Notes under the pieces: model-generated
Told to the model about the DNA's origin: nothing
The model's database searches: none
Seen by the model: the letters and a program-made list of their open reading frames with translations, nothing else
Program-made: the position numbers and the translations under genes
Part shown: piece by piece, positions 6,807 to 13,827 of the stretch
Numbering within the stretch: the stretch's first letter is position 1
Layout: every line of letters begins with the position of its first letter
Assembly (NCBI GenBank): GCA_036507075.1
Contig: DASXQR010000040.1
Location: 1-13,827 of the forward strand
Direction: 5' to 3'
Length of the DNA stretch: 13,827 bases
DNA from: Acidobacteriota bacterium
GTDB taxonomy: Bacteria > Acidobacteriota > UBA6911 > JACQSX01

Positions 6807-9800
6807 ATGCCGCTTTCAGGCTTTCATCCCATGGTTCAGCAGTGGTTCCGCTCCAGGCTGGGAGAGCCCACTGAAGCCCAGCGCAGCGGCTGGTCGCTGG
6901 TCCGCGATGGACACCACACGCTGATTGCCGCGCCTACCGGCTCTGGAAAAACGCTCGCCGGATTCTTATACGCCATTGACCAACTCTTGCAGAGCGGCCC
7001 TTGCCTGCCTGATGTCGCCCGCGTACTCTACCTTTCGCCATTGAAGGCGCTGAGCAACGACGTGCAAAAAAATCTGCAGGGCCCGCTGGCTGAAATGCGG
7101 GCAATGCAGCCTTTTTTTCCGGCCATACGCGTGGATGTCCGCACCGGCGACACCAGCCAGAAGGAGCGCGCATCGATGAGCCGGCGCCCGCCCCATATTA
7201 TTGTTACCACTCCCGAGTCCCTCTACATATTGCTGACCAGCCGGGGAGGACGGGCCATTCTCCAAAGCATCAAAACAGTCATCGTCGATGAAATCCACGC
7301 GCTGGCACGCGACAAGCGGGGCTCTCATCTGGCACTTTCGTTGGAAAGGCTCGAGGCTCTGGCCGGACCTTTTCAGCGGATCGGTCTTTCGGCGACACAG
7401 AAGCCAATGGATCAGATTGCGAGCTTTCTGGGAGGCCCGGGCCGCGACGTCCGAATTGTCGACGCAGGACACCTCCGTGAAATCGATCTGGGAGTTGAAA
7501 TCCCCGGATCGCCGCTGGCGGCTGTCTGCTCACATGAAGTGTGGGCGGAAATCTACGATCGTATGGTGGATCTGATCGAGCAGCATCGCACCACGCTTAT
7601 TTTTGTCAACACGCGCAAGCTGGCCGAAAGGATCGCGGCGCGGCTGACCGAGAGGCTCGGCCAGGATCGGGTGTCCTGCCACCATGGAAGTCTCTCCAAA
7701 CAGCGACGGTTCGATGCAGAACAACGACTAAAGGAGGGAAGGCTTAGAGCGCTTGTCGCCACCGCTTCTCTGGAACTCGGGATCGACATCGGCGATGTGG
7801 ATCTGGTGATTCAGGTGGGATCTTCGCGCTCAATTGCGACTCTGCTGCAGCGCGTGGGACGCGCAGGGCATGCGCTGCATCGTATCCCGAAGGGAAGGAT
7901 ATTTCCGCTCACGCTCGACGAACTGGTGGAATCGGCTGCGCTGCTGAGAGCCGTCGGCCGCGGCGAACTGGATCGCACGAATCAACCCCGGGCACCGCTT
8001 GACATTCTGGCGCAGCAGATCGTTGCTGCCTGCGTCTCGGAGGTCTGGAGCGAGGATGGGCTGTTTGACACGATCCGGAGATCCTGGCCTTACCGCAACT
8101 TGGAGCGCCAGGATTTTGATGCCGTGGTTCGATTGCATACCCAGGGAAGGCGCGCATTGCTGCACCGCGATGGCATCGGTCGTCGTCTTCTCTCAACCCG
8201 GAGAGCGCGGCTGGCGGCGATCACTTCGGGAGGCGCCATCGCGGACACGGCAAACTACGACGTAGTGATGGACCCGGAGGGGACCTTTGTCGGCACGCTG
8301 CATGAGGACTTTGCCGTCGAGTCCAACGCCGGCGACATCTTCCAGTTGGGCAATACGTCCTGGAGGGTGCTGCGCATCGAACAGGGACGGGTGCGCGTTG
8401 CCGACGCCAAAGGCCAGCCGCCTACGCTTCCCTTCTGGCTGGGCGAAGCGCCGGCACGCACGGCGGAACTCTCCGCCGAGATCGGAATTGTCAGAGAAGA
8501 AGGCGCCGCGAGCCCGGGGCTTCCTGAATCCGCGCGCCGGCAAATTGCCGATTATCTTGAAGGCGGCAGAAGAGTGCTGGGAGCAGTTCCCACACAGCGG
8601 CGCGTGATCGTGGAACGCTTCTTTGATGAAAGCGGGGGAATGCAACTGGTCCTCCATGCGCCGTTTGGAGGCCGCATCAACCGGGCCTGGGGCCTGGCGC
8701 TGCGCAAGCGCTTTTGCCGCAGGTTCGGTTTTGAGCTGCAGGCGGCGGCCAACGAAGAAGCCATCGTCCTCTCCCTGGGACCGCAGCACAGTTTCCCGCT
8801 TGAGGAAATATTCCAATATCTGCACCCAAACAGCGCGCGGGAGATTCTGGTTCAGGCTCTGCTGGCTGCACCCATGTTTGAGACTCGCTGGCGATGGAAT
8901 GTGATTCGCTCGCTGCGGGTGGAACGCATGCAGGGAGGAAAAAAAATCCCGGCGCCGCTGCTTCGCATGCGCGCCGACGACGAACTGGCGGCGGCGTTTC
9001 CGCAGGCGGCTGCCTGTTTTGAAACCTTGCCGCCGGGCGACATCCCCGTGCCGATGGACCATCCGCTGGTGCGCCAGACCATTGAGGACTGCCTGACCGA
9101 GGCGATGGACATTGATGGATTTCTCCAGGTGCTCGCGGGCCTCTGGGAGGGTCGCATCGAAAAACTGGCTGTGGACACGCCGGAACCTTCGGTTTTCGCG
9201 CACGGCATTTTATCGGCCCAACCTTATGCGTTTCTGGATGACGCGCCGCTGGAGGAGCGCCGCACTCAGGCGGTGCTGACGCGGCGGGCTCTGGACATCA
9301 AGACCGCCGATACGATAGGCGCGCTCGACCCGGAAGCAATCCGTCGCGTACGCGAGGAAGTCTGGCCGCAGCCGGAAAATGCCGAGGAACTTCACGAGGC
9401 TCTTCTCTGGATGGGGTACCTCACGTCCGAGGAAGGCCTGTCCTGGCAGGCATGGCTTGATGAGCTAAAAGGCGCCGGCCGCGTGGTCCTGGAAGGGGGA
9501 CGATGGTTTGCTGCGGAGGCGCCGCGCGATGCCGAGTCAGTGATGCAAGGTCGCCTGGAGTCGCTGGGCCCAATTGTCAGCGAAGATCCGGTCCTGTTGC
9601 AATTGGAACAGAAGGGTGTCGCAATGCGCTGCCGGTTTGAAGAACAGTCGGGATGGTGCCATCGCCGGTTGCTGGCGCGAATCCAGCGTTACACGGTCGA
9701 ACGGCTGCGTCGGGAAATTGAACCCGTCGCCCCGGCCGTCTTTTTGCGTTTTTTGGCCTGCTGGCAGCATGTCGATGCCGATCACCGGCTGGAAGGTCCG

Positions 9801-10658
9801 GCGGGAGTTCAGGCGGTCCTGGAACAGTTGGCGGGTTTCGAAGTCCCGGCGGCGGCCTGGGAAGCGAGCGTGCTGAAGGCCCGTGTGCTCGGATACCGGC
9901 CCGAATGGCTGGACCAGTTGACCGCTTCGGGTGAATTCGTGTGGGGCCGGTTGTGGGGCGCCGGATCGGGCCCGATCCGCACCACACCGATTTGTCTGAT
10001 TCCACGACAGGACCTGCACTGGTGGCTCGGACTGACGGGCGCTTCGGACCTGCAGCACTTGTCGGCATATGCCCTACAGGTCTATGAAGTTCTGGCGGAG
10101 AGCGGGGCGGTTTTTCTCCAGGACCTGGAACGCCGCACAAAGCTGCTTCCCTCGCAACTGGAGATGGGTATCGCGGAATTGGTCACGCGCGGCGCGTTGA
10201 CGGGAGACTGGTTTGCATCGCTGCGCCAGATCATCGTGCCGCCTTCGCGGCGCCAGCGCAAGGGGAAGCTACTGGGCCGTATCAGTCTTTTCCGGGCCGA
10301 GGCAGTCGCGCCTCCCGAACCCGAAGTTGTCGCCCTGCAGCTCTTGCGGCGTACGGGCGTTGTCTTTCGAAGAACGATCCTGCGCGAGAAACAGCCGCTC
10401 CCCTGGCGTGATCTGGTGCGCGCTTACCGGCGCCTTGAACTCCGGGGAGAAGTCCGGGGAGGACGCTTCGTGGCCGGATTCGATGGAGAACAGTACGCGC
10501 TGCCGGATGCTATTCCCCTGCTGCGCGCAGCCCGGCGCAGATCCGATTTGCCGCTGTTGAGCGTGTCGGCTGCCGACCCGCTCAATTTCCGCGGCATTCT
10601 CACTCCCGACGAGCGCGTTTCGCCGCTGGAACGTCGCCGCGTGCCGGTCTTCGGGTAG
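6807..10658 (+). CDS. lhr: Lhr family ATP-dependent SF2 (DExH) helicase with C-terminal extension
   Basis: Motifs APTGSGKT (I), LYLSPLKALSND (Ia), TTPESL (Ib), IVDEIH (II), GLSAT (III), LIFVNTR (IV), HHGSLS, ATASLELGIDIG (V), QRVGRAGH (VI). Lhr-typical segments PLDILAQQIVA, PFWLGE, ERFFDESGGMQLVLHAPFGGRINRAWGLAL and C-terminal RGEVRGGRFVAGFDGEQYALP...AADPLN. Confidence 0.93.
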   Translation: MPLSGFHPMVQQWFRSRLGEPTEAQRSGWSLVRDGHHTLIAAPTGSGKTLAGFLYAIDQLLQSGPCLPDVARVLYLSPLKALSNDVQKNLQGPLAEMRAMQPFFPAIRVDVRTGDTSQKERASMSRRPPHIIVTTPESLYILLTSRGGRAILQSIKTVIVDEIHALARDKRGSHLALSLERLEALAGPFQRIGLSATQKPMDQIASFLGGPGRDVRIVDAGHLREIDLGVEIPGSPLAAVCSHEVWAEIYDRMVDLIEQHRTTLIFVNTRKLAERIAARLTERLGQDRVSCHHGSLSKQRRFDAEQRLKEGRLRALVATASLELGIDIGDVDLVIQVGSSRSIATLLQRVGRAGHALHRIPKGRIFPLTLDELVESAALLRAVGRGELDRTNQPRAPLDILAQQIVAACVSEVWSEDGLFDTIRRSWPYRNLERQDFDAVVRLHTQGRRALLHRDGIGRRLLSTRRARLAAITSGGAIADTANYDVVMDPEGTFVGTLHEDFAVESNAGDIFQLGNTSWRVLRIEQGRVRVADAKGQPPTLPFWLGEAPARTAELSAEIGIVREEGAASPGLPESARRQIADYLEGGRRVLGAVPTQRRVIVERFFDESGGMQLVLHAPFGGRINRAWGLALRKRFCRRFGFELQAAANEEAIVLSLGPQHSFPLEEIFQYLHPNSAREILVQALLAAPMFETRWRWNVIRSLRVERMQGGKKIPAPLLRMRADDELAAAFPQAAACFETLPPGDIPVPMDHPLVRQTIEDCLTEAMDIDGFLQVLAGLWEGRIEKLAVDTPEPSVFAHGILSAQPYAFLDDAPLEERRTQAVLTRRALDIKTADTIGALDPEAIRRVREEVWPQPENAEELHEALLWMGYLTSEEGLSWQAWLDELKGAGRVVLEGGRWFAAEAPRDAESVMQGRLESLGPIVSEDPVLLQLEQKGVAMRCRFEEQSGWCHRRLLARIQRYTVERLRREIEPVAPAVFLRFLACWQHVDADHRLEGPAGVQAVLEQLAGFEVPAAAWEASVLKARVLGYRPEWLDQLTASGEFVWGRLWGAGSGPIRTTPICLIPRQDLHWWLGLTGASDLQHLSAYALQVYEVLAESGAVFLQDLERRTKLLPSQLEMGIAELVTRGALTGDWFASLRQIIVPPSRRQRKGKLLGRISLFRAEAVAPPEPEVVALQLLRRTGVVFRRTILREKQPLPWRDLVRAYRRLELRGEVRGGRFVAGFDGEQYALPDAIPLLRAARRRSDLPLLSVSAADPLNFRGILTPDERVSPLERRRVPVFG

Positions 10659-10732
10659 TGGAATCCGAAAAAACCCGTAAATAGCCCCCCAAAAATAACG
10701 GAGTTACAATCCCTTGAAAGGGGGTTTTAGAC

Positions 10733-11803
10733 GTGCGCAGAAAGATTGTCTTCATTATGGCAGCGGTGGTTGCAGTCTGGGGTAATGGGTTTGCCGATCA
10801 GATTCATTTGAAGAATGGAGATCGACTAACGGGAAGCATTGTCAAACTGGATCAGACAAAACTGTCTATTAAATCAGAACTTGCCGGAGATTTGACGGTT
10901 CCATGGGATGCCGTCGATCGGCTCACATCCAGTCAACCTCTCTACTTGAGTCTGAGTGACGGTCAGGTGATTGTAGGCACGGTTGGCGGCGCCGACGGCA
11001 ACATCGAAGTTCAAACGCAGCAAGCTGGAACGGTCTCAGTCTCGAAGGGGGTTGTGCGAACGATTCGATCCCAGGGTGAGCAGTCCGCTTATGAGGCAAA
11101 TACTGAGAGAATGCGGAACCCGAAACTGGGTGACCTGTGGAGCGGGTTTGCCGATGCCGGACTGAGCTTGTCTCGAGGCAATGCAGACATTACCACCCTC
11201 GCGGCGGGAATGAAGGCGGTGCGCGCCACCTCCAGAGACAAAATCACAACCTACTTCACTTCCCTTTCGGCTCGAACCAAGGCATCGGGCCGCTCACTGA
11301 CAACAGCCGACGCCATCCGGGGCGGCGCCCGCTACGACTTCAACCTCAGCAGCAAGCTTTTTGCCTTTGGTTTAACGGACCTGGAATATGACAAGCTTCA
11401 GAAGCTGGATCTGCGCTCAGTGGTGGCGGGAGGATTGGGATTCCACGTCCTGAAGACTGAAAAAACACTGCTGGACATTTTTTCGGGCGGCGCCTTCAAT
11501 CAGGAGTTTTTCACCGATGTTACGCGAAGATCAGCAGAGCTTCTCCTGGGCGAGGAGCTGTCGCACAAACTGACTCGCTCAATGTCACTGACGCAGCGCG
11601 GAGTGTTTTACCCGAATCTCAGTGAAACAGGAGAGTATCGTCTTGCCTTTGATGCGTCAGCAGTCACGCAACTTGGCAGGCAGCTTGGGTGGCAGGTGAC
11701 GTTCAGTGATCGGTACCAGAGTAATCCTATACCCGGAATAAAAAAGAACGACATCCTACTGACCACCGGGATCCGGCTGACTTTCGGGGGCGCGGGCCGA
11801 TAG
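10733..11803 (+). CDS. DUF481 (YdiY-like) outer-membrane beta-barrel protein with N-terminal extension
   Basis: Signal peptide, then ADQIHLKNGDRLTGSI. Barrel-like segments WSGFADAGLSLSRGN, GGARYDFNLSSKLFAF, LDLRSVVAGGLGFH, DRYQSNP, KKNDILLTTGIRLTF. GTG start after AAAGGGGG. Confidence 0.85.
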   Translation: MRRKIVFIMAAVVAVWGNGFADQIHLKNGDRLTGSIVKLDQTKLSIKSELAGDLTVPWDAVDRLTSSQPLYLSLSDGQVIVGTVGGADGNIEVQTQQAGTVSVSKGVVRTIRSQGEQSAYEANTERMRNPKLGDLWSGFADAGLSLSRGNADITTLAAGMKAVRATSRDKITTYFTSLSARTKASGRSLTTADAIRGGARYDFNLSSKLFAFGLTDLEYDKLQKLDLRSVVAGGLGFHVLKTEKTLLDIFSGGAFNQEFFTDVTRRSAELLLGEELSHKLTRSMSLTQRGVFYPNLSETGEYRLAFDASAVTQLGRQLGWQVTFSDRYQSNPIPGIKKNDILLTTGIRLTFGGAGR

Positions 11804-11808
11804 AACTA

Positions 11809-12076
11809 GCCGCTGATTGACACGAATAGAAGCAGGCCGCCGATTTACGCAAAATTACGCCGATTAATATCGGTGTTAATTCGTGTAAATCGGCGGCCTG
11901 CTTCTATCCGTGTTACTTCGTGAAAATCAGCGGCCTGATTATATCCGTGTTACTTCGTGAAAATCAGCGGCCTGATTATATCCGTGTTACTTCGTGTAAA
12001 TCAGCGGCCTGATTATATCCGTGTTACTTCGTGTAAATCAGCGGCCTGCTTCTATACTTCGTGTAAATCAGCGGCC
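11809..12076. repeat. 37-bp tandem array (5 full units plus 1 internally deleted unit) preceded by inverted copies, between convergent genes
   Basis: Units start at 11868, 11905, 11942, 11979 and 12016, consensus TATCCGTGTTACTTCGTGWAAATCAGCGGCCTGMTTM. Short unit at 12053-12076. Inverted full unit at 11829-11865 and inverted short unit at 11809-11828. Confidence 0.95.
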
Positions 12077-12079
12077 CAT

Positions 12080-12511
12080 TCAACGCATTGGCGAATAATC
12101 GGTCGGATCTAAATAGACCGAATCCACTTTGCTAACCAGCTTGCCGTTGACTTCGGATTCCGTCTGCACCTTTTTCCAATCCGGATCGTTCCTGAAGGCA
12201 TTCCAGGACTTCTGCGCCGCTTCACGGTTCGGGTAGGACAGCAGGTAAATCAACGTGTTCTGTGAAAGCGGCGCATCTTTGGGCACCCAGTAACCGATAT
12301 TTGACATCCCGTGTTTTTCAAAAAGCCTGGTGGTGTGATTGCGGAAACGGGCCTGAAGAGCTTCCAGCTTTCCTTCGTTGGCGGTATAGGTGCGCAGTTC
12401 GAAAACGCGCGTGCCTCCTTCGGCCCGAGCCGGCGTGACCCGGCCGACGGCCAGACCGGCAAAAAACGAAACGACAATCAAGGTACATACAAATACCGAT
12501 TTTCTGTTCAT
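12080..12511 (-). CDS. NIPSNAP family protein with N-terminal signal peptide or membrane anchor
   Basis: RVFELRTYTANEGKLEALQARF...HGMSNIGYW...LIYLLSY...SWNAFRNDPDW...LDPTDYSPMR. Hydrophobic N-terminus ending ARA-E. AAGGAG ribosome-binding site upstream. Confidence 0.9.
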   Translation of the reverse strand: MNRKSVFVCTLIVVSFFAGLAVGRVTPARAEGGTRVFELRTYTANEGKLEALQARFRNHTTRLFEKHGMSNIGYWVPKDAPLSQNTLIYLLSYPNREAAQKSWNAFRNDPDWKKVQTESEVNGKLVSKVDSVYLDPTDYSPMR

Positions 12512-12533
12512 GATTTTCTCCTTAATTTATCCT

Positions 12534-12603
12534 CTTCGTGTCATCGTGACTTCGTGGCAATTTAAAAACTGCCGCAATGCCACGAAGACACGATGCCACG
12601 AAG
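12534..12603. repeat. Inverted-repeat element, 26-bp arms with an 18-bp spacer
   Basis: CTTCGTGTCATCGTGACTTCGTGGCA (12534-12559) and TGCCACGAAGACACGATGCCACGAAG (12578-12603) are reverse complements with 2 mismatches. Confidence 0.85.
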
Positions 12604-12611
12604 TTCAAATC

Positions 12612-13673
12612 CTATAGCCGTTCGGCCACGGCGCGGGAAACTTCCCTGCTTTTGGCGGCGCCCTTCAGATCAGGGGTCAGCGTCTTGCCCTCCTTGAGGA
12701 CAGCTCGAACAGCCTCTTCCACTTTTTGGGAAGCTTGCGTCTCGCCCAAAAACTCCAGCATCATGCCGCCTGCCAGAATTGCGGCCAGCGGGTCGGCGCG
12801 CTCCTGTCCGGCGATATCAGGCGCGGATCCGTGAACCGGCTCGAACATGGATGGGGCGGTGCGCTGCGGATTCAGATTGGCGCTGGGAGCCAGGCCGAGG
12901 CTGCCCGTGATTATGGCACCGATGTCTGAAAGAATATCGCCGAACAAGTTGGACGCCACGATCACATCAAACATGTCAGGTCTGCGAATCAAATCCATGG
13001 CAGCGGCATCCACCAGCAGCGATTCCGTTTCAATATCAGGGTAGTCATCCGCCACGCGCCGGTAAACGCGGTCCCAGAATTCCATGCTGTATCCCTGCGC
13101 GTTGGATTTCGTAACGGACGTAACGCGTCCTTTTCCGTTTCTTTTGCGCGCCAGATCAAATGCAAACCGGATGATTCTTTCCGTTCCCTTGCGCGTGAAG
13201 ACGGCGGACTGAATTGCCACCTCATCGGGAGTTTGAGGATAAAGATTGCCGCCGATCTGCGAATACTCTCCCTCGGTGTTTTCGCGGACGATCACCATAT
13301 CGATCTCGCCCGCTTTTCTTCCGTCCAACGGCGAGCGTATGCCATCGTAGAGCACTGCCGGTCGAACGCAGGCGTATTGGTCAAAACCTCTTCGAATGGG
13401 GAGCAGCAGTCCATTCAGTGTGATGTTGTCCTGGATTCGGGGATGCCCGACAGCTCCCAGATAAATCGCATCAAAACGGCGCAACTGGTCCAAGGCGTCG
13501 GCGGGCATCATCCTGCCATTCTGAAAGTAGTATTCTGAACCCCACGGAAAACAAGTCCAGTTGCAGGAAAAGCCAAAAGCCCGGGCGGCGCAGTCGAGAA
13601 CTTCAATGCCGAGCGGGATCACTTCAGGCCCGATCCCATCTCCGGCAATGACCGCAATAGAGTATTGAGGCAT
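12612..13673 (-). CDS. Tartrate dehydrogenase / D-malate dehydrogenase (decarboxylating)-like enzyme, isocitrate/isopropylmalate dehydrogenase family
   Basis: IAVIAGDGIGPEV, PIRRGFDQYACVRP, VRENTEGEYS, TKSNAQGYSMEFWD, DVIVASNLFGDILSD, SMFEPVHGSAPDIAG. FDQY and KSN...SM.FWD resemble TtuC/DmlA more than LeuB; substrate uncertain. ATG at 13673 preferred over GTG at 13694. Confidence 0.85.
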   Translation of the reverse strand: MPQYSIAVIAGDGIGPEVIPLGIEVLDCAARAFGFSCNWTCFPWGSEYYFQNGRMMPADALDQLRRFDAIYLGAVGHPRIQDNITLNGLLLPIRRGFDQYACVRPAVLYDGIRSPLDGRKAGEIDMVIVRENTEGEYSQIGGNLYPQTPDEVAIQSAVFTRKGTERIIRFAFDLARKRNGKGRVTSVTKSNAQGYSMEFWDRVYRRVADDYPDIETESLLVDAAAMDLIRRPDMFDVIVASNLFGDILSDIGAIITGSLGLAPSANLNPQRTAPSMFEPVHGSAPDIAGQERADPLAAILAGGMMLEFLGETQASQKVEEAVRAVLKEGKTLTPDLKGAAKSREVSRAVAERL

Positions 13674-13725
13674 AGCTGGACAAGAGAGTGCCACATCCCA
13701 GCAAAAATCCGAGTAATAATTTTTT

Positions 13726-13819
13726 CACCACAAAGACACAGCGCGGCCGTAGGCCGCAACCAAAGAAAAAGCCGTCCACGTCTACGTGTCGTAGACGTGG
13801 ACGGCTTTGAAAAACTTTG
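13726..13819. repeat. Composite palindromic element: partial periodic arm, small hairpin plus AACCAAA, and a perfect 19-bp palindrome
   Basis: CACCACAAAGACACA (13726-13740); GCGGCC-gta-GGCCGC (13743-13757) then AACCAAA; AAAGCCGTCCACGTCTACG-tgt-CGTAGACGTGGACGGCTTT (13768-13808); outer CAAAG/CTTTG. Probably continues past the window edge. Confidence 0.8.
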
Positions 13820-13827
13820 CCAAAAAA

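Noticed and set aside
6934..10560. ORFs overlapping lhr, including the 336-aa minus-strand ORF at 8193-9203
   Set aside because: Shadow frames of a well-supported gene with no domain signatures.
6807..10658. Lhr as part of an anti-phage defence system
   Set aside because: No nuclease, methylase or other defence partner genes are adjacent; the context looks like housekeeping repair.
10682..10710. Sigma-70 promoter for the DUF481 gene (TACAAT at 10705-10710)
   Set aside because: The matching -35 position reads TAGCCC, too weak to call.
11868..12076. CRISPR array (37-bp repeats with an internal hairpin)
   Set aside because: Units abut directly with no unique spacers, inverted copies lie next to them, and no cas genes are in the window.
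13674..13694. GTG start at 13694 for the dehydrogenase
   Set aside because: Family members typically begin a few residues before the IAVIxGDGIG motif, which fits ATG 13673. Neither start has a clear ribosome-binding site, so this remains tentative.

Overview
Bacterial chromosomal window, probably Acidobacteriota (inferred from gene content). Left to right: the 5' ~807 codons of an Oar-like TonB-dependent receptor (- strand, runs off the left edge and is absent from the ORF track); a divergent secreted 12-repeat NHL beta-propeller protein; two divergent stand-alone degenerate GGDEF proteins that lost the catalytic motif but keep a correctly spaced RxxD I-site, one behind a near-consensus sigma-54 promoter; an Lhr helicase; a DUF481 outer-membrane barrel; a signal-peptide NIPSNAP protein; and a tartrate/D-malate-type decarboxylating dehydrogenase. 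The most unusual signal is non-coding. Four intergenic gaps (2525-2677, 11809-12076, 12534-12603, 13726-13819) carry repeat elements built on a shared 'three periodic GYG boxes then G' arm, paired as inverted repeats in three gaps and partial in the fourth. One has expanded into a spacer-less 37-bp tandem array and another adjoins a nested palindrome cassette. No transposase, cas, rRNA or tRNA gene was recognised.
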